Shown in pieces: positions 1-12,022 of a DNA stretch of 64,000 nt (the stretch's first letter is position 1; every line of letters begins with the position of its first letter). This stretch comes from the human T2T-CHM13v2.0 reference genome, Homo sapiens: the NCBI RefSeq assembly GCF_009914755.1, contig NC_060945.1, one strand, 5' to 3'. Under the pieces are notes generated by a model that had not been told where the DNA came from, searched no databases, and was given only the letters and a program-made list of their open reading frames with translations. A program made the translations under genes and the position numbers.

Positions 1-634
1 CATTCTGGCACCACATTGCTATTTGTGTAAACCAGACAAATGTTTTCTGTACTTTTTTCTCCTTACATATATTTTTCATTCACTCTTGCAAACTTTTGCT
101 CCAAATATAAGTTAAGCTATAAAGTAGTTATTTATATTTTTAAATAAATTATTCAAAGTAATCAATGCTAGGTTTTCCTTAATGATACACAACTTCCTAG
201 ATGTTCTTAGGAGAAAAAACTCCCTTGCATCACACAAAGCCAAAATATTGCTACCTTGAATATCACATTTCTTATCCCGGTAAGTTTGGGACAGTTTATC
301 TGGCTCTCTCAAGGACATCCAGCTAGTTGATCAGAGTTCAAATACTGCTCTGTTTATTTTGTTATACAGATATTCCATGGTAATTTCTTCCAAGCTTAGA
401 TAAAATATTTCCTCAAACTTTTATTATGATGATTTCATTCTAGGGTTAATGCAGTGTTCTGAAAGAATAAAATCAGTTTTGAAATGAAGTATATTTTAAT
501 ACGATTCTGACGTATCAATTCTATTTGGCCTGAAAAAATCAGTTCGGGGTACCATACATAGAGTTAATCACCAAAGGTATTAGGAAGTGATTACTGGATA
601 GATTAAGAACAGGTGATGGGATGTAGGTTAATTA

Positions 635-675
635 GAATTAAGTTCAAATATACCTTGAATTAAGTTCAAATATAC
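635..675. repeat. Direct duplication of GAATTAAGTTCAAATATAC (22-bp period)
   Basis: Identical 19-mer at 635-653 and 657-675. Confidence 0.9.
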
Positions 676-841
676 TGACCCATCTTCCTCCCCAACCTCC
701 AACTATCCATGGACACTTTGCATGTGTATATTTACAAATTACAAAGAAATTGGCAAACTAGCCCCGATTAAATAGTGCAGAGAAACAAGAGATGAGGAAA
801 AACGGCAGGGAAGCTACGAAAAGAAAAAATAAAATAAATAA

Positions 842-1843
842 AAGATGGCAGAATAGAAGCAGCTCAGGTGTGCTGCTCTCGTAGAGAACAGAGGGGCTGG
901 TGAACACTGACTCTGCAGGCCGATCGGCTGAGAAACCATGCTGGGATCAATTAAGGCAGCAGGGGACACAGAAAGCAGGGAAGAGTGAAGCTGGCACCAG
1001 CCTGTCTGGGTTCAGCATGGAGCCAGGAGAACCTCTCCAACACAGGAAACTGAATGAGTGACAGCCCCTTGGGACACTCACGCTCTCCACAGGGACCTGT
1101 GTAAAACTGAATGAGAGAATCCTCCTGGCATCCCCGGTCTCCCCACTGCACTTCTAGACTGAGGCAGAAAGTCAACTGGACATATTGCCGGGACAACTCT
1201 TGATTCCAAGGGAACCTCTACAAGCCTTGTGCCCTGGAGCAGACCAGCACTGGTGCCATAGCCCCAGTGGAGGCCACAGTTGTGGTGCCAACAATAAGAT
1301 TGCTCCACCTCACCTTGCTAGACAAGGCTCAGTGCCAGCTACTGGCCCAATAGTCCCACTTCTGTCCGAACTCAGCCAGTGGCTGCAGCCTCCTCTTGTT
1401 CCAGGAAACACCTGAATGGCAGAGCTGGCAACCTCACCCTCTGACACCGGTAGACAAGCAGGCAATGCTTTCTAGAGCTTCCAGCTAGCAGTACCGCTTT
1501 TGTGTGAACTCAGCCAGAGGGTGCAGCTTCCTGTTGTGGCGGGAAGCACCTGCACAGCAAAGCAGGCAACTGAACCCACTCCTGCCACTGGTAGCCAGGT
1601 GGGCAATTCCTGCTAGAGCTTCTGGCCAAGTGGTCCTGCTTCTGTTTGAACTTGGCTGGCAGGCACAGCCTCCTCTTATTGCTAGAAACATCCGGATGGC
1701 AGGGTGGGTGAATCCACTCACAGCACACTCCCCGCCCCTTGTAACCAGGCAAGTCACACCTGCTAGGGCTTCCAGCCTCGTAGTCCTACTTCAGCCTGAA
1801 TTTGCCAAGGGTTGCAGCAGCCTGTTGCCCCAGAAACACCCAG
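842..1843 (+). mobile_element. Old primate LINE-1 5'UTR (L1PA13-16/L1P4-like) with internal ~140-bp tandem repeats
   Basis: Begins AAGATGGCAGAATAGAAGCAGCTC, the L1 5' terminus with the YY1 motif. GC-richer than the flanks. Repeat anchors GAACTCAGCCAG-like at 1368, 1506, 1648 and 1798. Confidence 0.75.
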
Positions 1844-2294
1844 CAGCACTATTCACAATAGCAAAGATACGGAATCAACCTAAATGCCCATTAACGGAAG
1901 ACTGGATAAAGAAAATGTTGTATATGTACATCACGGAATACTACATAACCATAAAAAAGGATTATTTCGTGTCCTTTACAGGGACATGGTTGAAGCTGGA
2001 AACCATCATTCTCTGCAAACTGTCACAAGGACAGAAAACCAAACACCGCATGTTCTCACTCATAAGTGGGAGTTGGACAATTAGAACACATGGACACAGG
2101 GAGGGGAACATCCCACACTGGGGCCTGTTGGGGGATGGGGGTGCTGGGGGAGGGATAGCATTAAGAGAAATTCCTAATGTAGATGACGGGTTGATGGGTG
2201 CAGCAAACCACCATGGCACATGTATACCTATGTAAGAAATCTGCACGTTGTGCACATGTACCCTAGAACTTAAAGTATAAAAATTAAAAAAAAA
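1843..2294 (+). mobile_element. L1PA 3' end (ORF2 C-terminus, 3'UTR, short poly-A)
   Basis: Translates AALFTIAKIRNQPKCP...LETIILCKLSQGQKTKHRMFSLISGS; G-rich 3'UTR; ends CCCTAGAACTTAAAGTATAA plus an A-run. Confidence 0.95.
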
Positions 2295-2595
2295 TCAGGA
2301 TAGTGAGCATTCCCATCACCTCAAACATGTGTCATTTCTTTTTGGTGAGAACATTCAAAACTTTCTCTTTTAGTTATTTTGAAATACTATACAATATATT
2401 ATTATTAACTATAATCACCCTACTGTGCAATGGAACGCCAGAACATTTTCCTCCTATTTAACTGTAACTTTGTTGACCAACTTCTCCCAGTCTCCCCCTT
2501 ACCTCCTCTCCTTCCAAACCTCTGATAATCACTATTCTACTCTCTCCCTCCATGAGATAAACTTTCTGAAATTCCACATGAGTGAGACAACAAAA

Positions 2596-2686
2596 TTAGC
2601 TTGGTGCAAAGTAGTTGCGGTTTTTGCCATTAAGAGTGGCAAAACTTTTAGTGGCAAAAATGGTAAATAGTTTTGCAACAAGCTAA
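2596..2686. mobile_element. MADE1 (Hsmar1-derived MITE)
   Basis: Palindromic TTAGCTTGGTGCAAAGTAGTTGCGGTTTTTGCCATT...GTGGCAAAAATGGTAAATAGTTTTGCAACAAGCTAA. Confidence 0.9.
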
Positions 2687-2854
2687 TGTTTCTCTTTCTG
2701 TGGTAGGCTTACTTCACTTAACATAATGTCTTCTAGGTTCATCCATGTGTTCAGAAATGACCAAATTTCATTTTATTTGGCTGGCTAGTACTCCATTGTA
2801 TATATATATATACCCCATTTAAAAAAATCCATTCTTGCATTGGTATATACCACA

Positions 2855-3138
<284 letters not shown>

Positions 3139-4808
3139 TAAAAATCCATTAACACATTGATGGATGCTTAGATTGATTCCATATCTTCACTATCATGAAT
3201 ATTGCTGCAAAATACTAGCAAACTGAGGGCAATAGCACATCAAAAAGATCACTCACCATGATCTAGTGGGATTCACCTAAGGGATGCCACAATGTTTCAA
3301 CAGACACAAATAAAACAATTAGATACATCACATTAACAAAATGTAGAAAATAAGTGGGATCATTTTATTAGATGCTAAAAAAGCGTTTGGTAAAACCCAA
3401 CATTCTTTTATGATAAAACCTGCCAACAAACTGGAGGTAGAAGACTATGCCTCAAAATCATAAAGGGCATATATATCAAACCCATAGCTAGCATAATACT
3501 GGACAAGGAACTATTGAAAGCCTTTTCTCTAAAATATGCAACAAGACAAGGATGCCCACTTTCTCCACTTGTATTCAAAATAATACTGGAATTACTGGCC
3601 AGAGCCATCAGGCAAGAGAAAGAAATAAAGGGCATCCAAATTGGAAAGGAAAAAGTCAAATTAGCCCTGTTTTCAAACCACATGATCTTATACTTAGCAA
3701 AACCTCAAGACTCAACCAAACCACTGTTAGAAGTGATAAGCAAATTCAATAAAGTTGTAGAATACAAAATCAACATACAAAAATCAGTAGCATTTATATA
3801 TGCCAGCAGCAAACGATCTGAAAAAAATTAAGAAGATAATCCCATTTATAATAGCCACAAGTAATATAAAATATCTAGGAATCAATTTAACCAAAGAAGC
3901 AAAAGCAATATACAAGGAAAACTATAAAACACTAATGAAAGAAATTGAAGAGGACACAAATCAAAAGATAGTCCATGTTCATGAATTGGAATAATTAATT
4001 CTGTAAAAATAACAATACTACTCAAAGCAATACACAGATTCAATGCAATCCCTATCAAAATACCAAGAAAGTTCTTCACAGAAATAGAAAAAAATGCTAA
4101 ATTTATACGGAACCACAAAAGACCTCAAATAGCCAAAGCAATTCCAAGCAAAAAGAACAAAGCTAGAAGCAACATACTACCTGACTTTAAAATATACTAC
4201 AAAGCTATAGTAACCAAATAAGCATGGTACTTGCATAAAAACAGATACATAGATCAATAGAACAGAATACGGAACCCCAAAATGCATTTACAGCCCACTG
4301 ATTTTCAACAGGCACGGAAAACACACATTAAGGAAAAAGACAGCCTCTTCAATAAAGTTGCTCTGGAAAAGCTGAATATCCACATGTCGAAGAATAAAAC
4401 TAAACTTCTATCTCTCATCAGTTGCAAAATCAGCTGAAAATGAATTGAAGACCTCAAAGTAGGACCAAAACTGCTAGAGAAAAACAGGGGGAAAGCTCCA
4501 TGACATTGGTTTAGGCAATGTTTGTTTGTTTGTTTTTTATATAACCCCAAAAAACATAGGCAACAAATATAGACAAATGAGATTACTTCAAACTACAAAG
4601 CTTCTGGACAGTAAAGGAAATAAGCAAGAGTGAAGACACAACTTACAGAACAGGATAAACTATTTGCAATCTGTACAACTCTCTAGGGGTTAATATACAG
4701 CATATATAAGCAACTCAAATAACATAATAGCAAAATAACAAATAATTAATAATTAAAATATGGGCAGAATATCTGAATAGACATTTCTCAAAAGAAGACA
4801 TACAAATG

Positions 4809-5106
<298 letters not shown>

Positions 5107-5155
5107 GACATACAAATGACAAACAAGTATATTAAAAATGGTCAACATAACTAAA

Positions 5156-5526
5156 TGATATGGTTTGGCTGTGTCCCCACCCAAATTTCATCTTGAACTG
5201 TAGTTCTGATAATGCCCACATGTTTGGGAGGGACTTGGTGGGAAGTAATTGAGTCATGAAGGCAGTTACCTCCATGCTCTTCTGTTGACAGTGAGTGAGT
5301 TCTTATGAGATCTCATAGTTTTATAGGGGCTTTTTCCCTCCTTCATTCTGCACTTGTCTCTTGCTTGTTGCCATGTAAGATGTGGCTTTGCTCTTCCTTT
5401 GTCTTCTGCAATGATCGTGAGGCCTCCCTAGCCTTGTTAAAGTGTGAGTTCGTTAAGCCTCTTTTTTTCATAAATTAGCTAATGTAGAGTAGGTCTTTAG
5501 TAGCAGCATGAGAACAGACTAGTACA
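5156..5526 (+). mobile_element. THE1 (THE1C/D-like) MaLR solo LTR
   Basis: TGATATGGTTTGGCTGTGTCCCCACCCAAAT...GAGAACAGACTAGTACA; 5-bp TSD CTAAA/CTAAT. Confidence 0.92.
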
Positions 5527-5971
5527 CTAATCATCAGAGATAAGTAAATCAAAACCACAATGAGATATCACTTCACCCCTGTTAGAATGTCTGTTTTCAA
5601 AAAGATAAAAAGGAAATGCTGGTGAGGATGTGGAGAATGAGAATTCTTATACACTCTTGGTGAGAATGCAAATTAGTACAGCCATTATAAACAGTAGTAT
5701 AAAGGTTCTTCAAAAAATTAAAAATATAAATACCATATGATCCAGTAATACCAATAAACGTATATCCAAAGGAAATTAAATCAGTATGTTGAAGAGGTAT
5801 CTACATTTCTATGTTTATTGAAACTGTTTTATTAATAAAGTCACCACAGTGATCTACATACATTTGGTTTTCTGAGAATGTGTTGAGAATACTGGTTATG
5901 CATCAAACAAATGGATTATGACATTGTGTCTAATTGATGTTACAAATCAATACAATTTACTAAAGAAGAGT

Positions 5972-6175
5972 CACTAAGAATGCAGACTCTGGAGTGAGAT
6001 TTCTTTAGTTTATAGCTAAATATATTTAATATCCATGAGCTTTGGGAACATGGGCTAACTAAGGAAACTTTCTTCACATTTCTTCTACCTTTAAAGTGGA
6101 AATAATTATAAGATATTCCTCATGGGGCTGTTATAATGACCGAATCTGACAATAGATGAAACACACTATAAAGAT
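5972..6175 (+). mobile_element. MIR (degenerate)
   Basis: AAGAATGCAGACTCTGGAG...CCTCATGGGGCTGTTATAATGAC resembles the MIR consensus. Confidence 0.55.
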
Positions 6176-7129
6176 GCATACCATATTTTGAAAAATCAGT
6201 AAATTTTAATCATTTCCTTTTATTTAGTTGGATTTTTTAAAATAGAAATATTCTAAGCACAGAGTGTATGAAACTTGAATTTATTACTCTATGGCCTATC
6301 ATGGAAACAGTGTTGTTATATGATACATTTATATAATTTTAAATATCATATCATACTGTGGTCCTACTCTAATATTCAAATCTCATAAACTATCATTTTT
6401 GTAGTTGTTTCACATTTTTAATTTAGAAACATCAAGGACTATTGCTTTGATGAGCTATTATATATTGCTTTTCTGTTAGGCTTAGTAAGCAAATATAATA
6501 CTTCAGTAAAAATAATGATAAACTATTTCTTTCAATGATTTGAAAGTTGCCTGATATTTTGAGATAAAGTCTAGTATATCTTTTTTTGAAACAGACAAAC
6601 TGGGTCTTAAAATAAATCAGAACAATTATGCTGTTTATATTGGTGAGTTACATGAATCCACTTAGTAAATAATGAACAGATGTTCTACTAATCAAACTAT
6701 ACAGACACAATTTGCTTTTCTGACCTAAAGGCCATACCCAAGAAAAGCTGTTGCTCATTTTGTTCTTTCACTTGGGAAAAGGAAGGGAGAAATTTAATAT
6801 TTCTCAAATGAATTGTGATCTTATTCCAGGAGCTTTTGAAAATGTAGCATTATATACAATATAGAATTTCTATATAAAATACAGAATATGACAATTCACA
6901 AAAACCCACCTTGCACATATTCAATCGTATCTAATGCATATAGTATGCTGTGAGATGGTGATCTTAAGTTTATTTCATAGATAGAGAGGAACCCAGAGTT
7001 GAAGTTACATGTCAAGGTGGTACATGTGTCTTCTGACTTCAGAACCACTAGTGTGTGTTCTCCCAACAAGCAGGAAAACAGAAAGTGCCTTCCTATTCTC
7101 TTTTTTAAATTGTGTAACTTAAGGATTAA

Positions 7130-7340
7130 CATTCCTGAGTTTAATATCCAATGCTATTACTTACTGGTTATGTAACTTTGGTTAGAATATTGAACTTTTA
7201 TGTTCCTCTGTAAGATGGGATACTAATTGAACCTCCTTCTGTAGGCATTTGTGACTGCCTATGAGCTAAATCATGTACAGTGTTTAGACGAGACCCCAGT
7301 ACAATTAGCAGTCAGTACCTACCACATCTTATTATTATCA
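7130..7340 (+). mobile_element. MIR
   Basis: ACTTACTGGTTATGTAACTTTGG...CTGTAAGATGGGATACTAAT...; ends in TTATTATTATC. Confidence 0.65.
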
Positions 7341-7507
7341 TTTCCTTTTTGAAACCAAACTGTCAAAATTGTGAGTATCTTGGCAATGGAAAATTTTCAG
7401 CTCTTCACAGTCATCCTTGAATCACTCTCAGACCATTTCACTAGGGCCTAATGGGAAATGTTCTTTTTCTGAGGTGACTCAGTAAACTCATGAATCTTTC
7501 CCTCAAA

Positions 7508-7546
7508 CACACACACACACACACGCACACACACACACACACACAC
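7508..7546. repeat. (CA)n microsatellite
   Basis: About 19 CA units with one CG interruption. Confidence 0.97.
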
Positions 7547-9518
7547 CTATATAAAATGGAAGAATAGCCTTTCAATTAGAAAACACATAAAAAAGAAGAT
7601 ACAAAGAAAATATATGTAGCACTTATGAGATTAAGCCCAGTTTTTCATTAAAACATCTGCTCTTCAAGTTTCCATCCCTTGGCTCTCACTTAAGTATTTT
7701 ATTTTCAACTTATGGAAGCAATTACTTGAATGCAAACTCCAGGGAAGTAAATGGCCGCAGCATATAGCTCATTCAATGTACATTTTTGCATTATCTTATA
7801 TACAAGGCAAATTAGTTTTCAGGTTAGTAAAAATAATCTTAACTTCATATTTTTATTGCTTGTGGGAATTATTCCAGATGAAGTAGCATGCAAATTTCAT
7901 TGTTTTACATGTTTTTTTTTCTAGCATATATTTCATCTGGGGTTGCATAATGGAAAGATCTATTTTTTTCTAAAACCTTTTGTCGTAGTTTGAAAGGATC
8001 AACGGCTCCTCCCTGTGATTCAGTTTCACATGGCGATTTCCTATGAGCCCTGAAAACGTGGAACCTCAATGCATTTGTTTCTGCTTAAGAATTATAAATC
8101 TTCTTACTCTATTCTGTGATTATACCATCCCTTGACAATGGTTTTGCTAAAAGATTTTCAAAAGCCGAGTTCTGGGAGTAGAAGGAGGTTCAACTTTGAA
8201 TGCTATTTTCTGATCAATTGGAGCTTCTTAATCCTCTTCCTTTACTGGACTGTGCTCTGGTAAATAGCTGTCAGCAAGGGAAGGAGTTCAATACCTGTGG
8301 GCCATGACCCACTTAAAGGCTTCTTCTTTTGGGAAAAAAATCCAAGACAGCCTTAAATGTCAGTATTCTTCTGGAATGCCCTTGTGTCAGCTTCAGGGGT
8401 TCAATTGCCATGCGTATCTATAAATTCCAGCCTTTTCAAATAAAATACTGGAAGTTATTACATCTGTCAGGTGAAGCAGAGGTAAATGCAAGCCTTGAAT
8501 ATAAAGATTTGATTCATATATACACCGTCAACAATAAGAAAGCCAGAGAGGCCTTCTAGTATTTGGACATACATGATACATTCTTCAGTTGTGTATGATA
8601 TTCATTAAAAATTCGCTGATTATTCTTATCCTACCCATTTTAAGATAATCCACAATTAATCACTGGCCAAGCATTACAATGCAATGTTCTATCAAATTTA
8701 TGCAAAAGATTCTCTTTTTTTTTTAAAATACACTGAATCCTCCCTTTTTATTTCAGATGTGGTGTTTTGTTAAGGATTTTATTGTAATACAGTTCTTCAG
8801 TTCCCTGAAAGTTTAGATATATGTAAAAACTCATTTCTTAATAAAAAGCCCATCATAAACATGAAAAGGGTAAAATGACATAATGTGACAAATGTTGCTA
8901 TTAGCTTATCTGTTGTTATGGAATTATTTTTACTGTACACAGTTCACCAAAAAATAAAAAACTGTCAAAAAGCTACTGAACTAAATGTCTGTTTTTATTT
9001 TAGTGAATTGATCATAGATTTGTCTGCCCTTTTTTTTTTGAGTTGTTAATCAAATATAAAAACCAGTCACGATTTTGTGCAAAACTACAAATACATGCAG
9101 TTTTAAAATGTAGAGACACTGAAAATAAAAGCCAATTTACTTCTCAGGAGGGATAAATCTTGGTTTCAGCAACAAGAAGCATTGAGGTGTTTAAGCTGCT
9201 TTGGGGACAGCATTATAGAAGGGCAGAAGAGCCCTGTGTGCTTACATGAGCTCTGGTTTGTCTTTCTCTCTACAATTTTCTGCAATTACAAAATATATTT
9301 TGAGAAGAGCTTATGCTTTTTTGGACAGCTAACATGTTTCACTTGTTATTAAATTTACTTTTTCTCTCTTCTACTCTGTTTTCTATACTTTCCTGGTGGA
9401 AAAGGTTCAGTTTTTGTATGACTGTCCAAGATGAAAACAGAAGATACTACACATTTTTGACTCAGTGAGTTTAGAGCCAAAGATGATTGTCAATCAATGT
9501 CAAAGTTCACAGTCATGG

Positions 9519-9607
9519 CATGCATAAGACATGCATGACATGCATGCATAATTTTATGCATGCATAATTTTATGTATGCAAATGCAAACTTATGCATGCA
9601 TAATTTT
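9519..9607. repeat. ATGC-rich array with three copies of ATGCATGCATAATTTT
   Basis: 16-mer at 9540, 9556 and 9592, plus further CATGCA units. Confidence 0.9.
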
Positions 9608-10026
9608 ATTTTCTCATTGTGATTCTTGCTTCCAGTTGATGTGGTTCAATTCAAAAAAAGATTCATTATGATTTTACTCGAGATCAATAGCTACATCCGA
9701 ATTTTTTGGAAATCAATGCAGGACTGAGAAACTACTTTCCACATTGTGTTCTCGGGGAGATATTAGCTAGTGGCAGGTGAGCTTATGTTTATGTGATGGC
9801 ACCTGAGAGTACATAGAGGTTGGATATGTTAGTAACATATTTAAGGCATACTCAAAACTTAGGGATTCCTTGAGTCTATAATTTCATAAGCATGGTTTGT
9901 TAAAATTAGCACCACAAAGGTTTAAGGAATAAAAACAACTTTCTCAAGTTATTTTTTACTTATAACTCAATGTATACACACACATAAGCAAACACACAAA
10001 GCAAACATAATGTAATATTAAAATTA

Positions 10027-10308
10027 GGCTGGGTATGGCAGCTCACGCCTGTAATCCCAGCACTTTGGGAGGCCGAGGTGGGCTGACATATTCAGCCCAA
10101 CAGCTCTAGACCAGCCTACGCAACATGGCGAAACCATGTCTCTACAAAAAATAAAAAAATAATATCCGGGCATGGTGGTGGGCACCTGTGGTCCCAGCTA
10201 CTTGAGAGGCTGAGGTGGGAGAATCACCGGAGCCCTGGATGGGATGTTGAGGCTGAAGTGAGCTGTGACAGCATCAGTACACTCCAGCCTGTCTCAAGAA
10301 AAACAAAG
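10027..10308 (+). mobile_element. AluJ
   Basis: Diverged dimer with GAGGCTGAAGTGAGCTGTG (J-type); 3' deletion at CCAGCCT|GTCTC. Confidence 0.9.
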
Positions 10309-10411
10309 AGATTCAATACAATATTTTGAACTGGAATGTTACAAACTGAATAGGAATATGGATAAAGATGAACTAATCGATGACAATTTCAATATGAGCC
10401 AATAGAAATCA

Positions 10412-10740
10412 TTTTATTTATTTAACAGCTTTATTGAGTTACAATTAATATAGAAAAACTGCACATATTTAATGTGTGCAATTTGATGAGTTTGGACGAA
10501 GGTAAATATCTGTGGTAACATTATCAAAACCAAGGTAATAGGCATATCCAACATCTCTCAAAATTTCCTTGTGTCCCTTTTATTGTTTTTGTAGTATGAA
10601 CGTGCAACATAAGATCTACCATCTTAACAAAGTTTGAAGTGCACAATACTGCATTTTAACTATAAGGACTGTTATACAGCATATTTCTAGAGCTTACTCA
10701 TCTAGCACAACTGAAACTTTATATCTTTTGAACAACTGCC
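10412..10740 (-). mobile_element. L1MB (L1MB1/2-like) 3' terminus
   Basis: TTTAACAGCTTTATTGAG...GCACATATTTAATGTGTGCAATTTGATGAGTTTGG is the reverse L1MB 3' end. Confidence 0.85.
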
Positions 10741-10993
10741 ACAGTTTATAAACAACCCCACATTTTTAATTTTGCAATGTCACATGTCAATCCCTTTAAA
10801 AGATTTTTTTGTATTGATGTGTCAGTTTTGTTGTCTTCCCTCTAAGTTGAAAACTACCAGCCTCTAATTTAAATCCAGGCATCTGGATCTCTCAAAAATC
10901 TCACAAAATAAATCTGATTATATTTCCATGAAGGCCCTCCAGATACTCATAAACACGTGTCATGCTCTCCACCCCATATCTCTGCTTTTCTAA

Positions 10994-11235
10994 TGTATTA
11001 GTCAGTGTTCTCCAGAGAAACAGAACCAATAGAATGTGTGTATGTGTGCACATGCATGCACATGTGCATATACACACATATATACAGAAACATATTTATT
11101 TTAAGGCTTGCCTGATTATGGAAGCTGGCAAATACAAAATCTGCAGGGTACACTGGCAGCCTGGAGAGTCAATGATGCAGTTCACATCTAAAGGCCATCA
11201 AGACTGGAGATTTAGAGACGAGCTTATTTTGCAGT
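10994..11235 (-). mobile_element. MLT2 (ERVL) LTR fragment
   Basis: TGTATTAGTCAGTGTTCTCCAGAGAAACAGAACCAATAG; truncated where the L1MB segment begins. Confidence 0.85.
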
Positions 11236-11665
11236 TTATGCAGCTCCCTCAAAAAATTAAAAATAGAACTACTGTATGATTCAGCAATCCCACTTTTAGG
11301 TAAATACCCAAAAGAATTGGAATTCAGATCTCTAAGAGATATCTGCACTCCTATATTCATTGCAACATTATTCACAATGGCTAAGATATGGAAACAATCC
11401 AAGGGTCCATCACAGTGAATGAATAAAGAAAATCTGGTATATATGTGTATAATATGAGTAAGACTCAAAAGAGAAGGAAATCCTGCCATTTGAGACAACA
11501 TGGATTAACTTGAAGGACATAATGCTAAATGAAATTAGCCAATCACAGAAGGACAAATTCTGCAATATTCCACCTGTATGAAGTATCTGTAAGAGTTAAA
11601 CTCATGGGAGCAAAGCATATGATATTTGCCAGGGGCTAAGGGTAACAAGCAAATTCATAGTTATT
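11236..11665 (+). mobile_element. L1MB ORF2-end/3'UTR segment
   Basis: CTCAAAAAATTAAAAATAGAACTAC..TATGATTCAGCAATCCCACTT...TTGCCAGGGGCT. Confidence 0.88.
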
Positions 11666-12022
11666 TTTACTTTGATTTATTGAGATCTAGTTGTCAAAGG
11701 ACAATATGTGAGTATTGGAAATTAAATACTAGAAAATTTAAACTTTAATTTTACAACAATGGAGACAATATCATATAAGAAACTCAATTTATAAAGCTCC
11801 ACAGAGGATACTCATGCTTGTAATATAACCTCTAATTTGAAATGTAGACATTTTGAAAATGCTTTTGTAGAAAAATTGCCTAGATGTTGAATGCATCATT
11901 TCTTCCTTGCTAATGTGATATTCTTTTGTACACTGATGCGATGTTTCCTTCCATAAGGATTCCAACTAAGTTCTTCAAATAGAAAGAAGTATTTTCTTTT
12001 GCCCCGAAGCCATTTTAATATG

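Noticed and set aside
1830-1855. Mini-L1 junction as a spliced L1 retrocopy
   Set aside because: The acceptor-like GCAG is retained, and the neighbouring repeat units show no GT donor at the equivalent position; a DNA deletion fits better
1504-2235. 243-aa ORF as a novel gene
   Set aside because: GTG start; in-frame read-through from L1 5'UTR repeats into the ORF2 tail and 3'UTR; no evidence of coding function
7977-8069. Minus-strand open segment LIGNRHVKLNHREEPLILSNYDK as a coding exon
   Set aside because: Weak polypyrimidine tract and poor donor (GTTTTA); peptide not recognised
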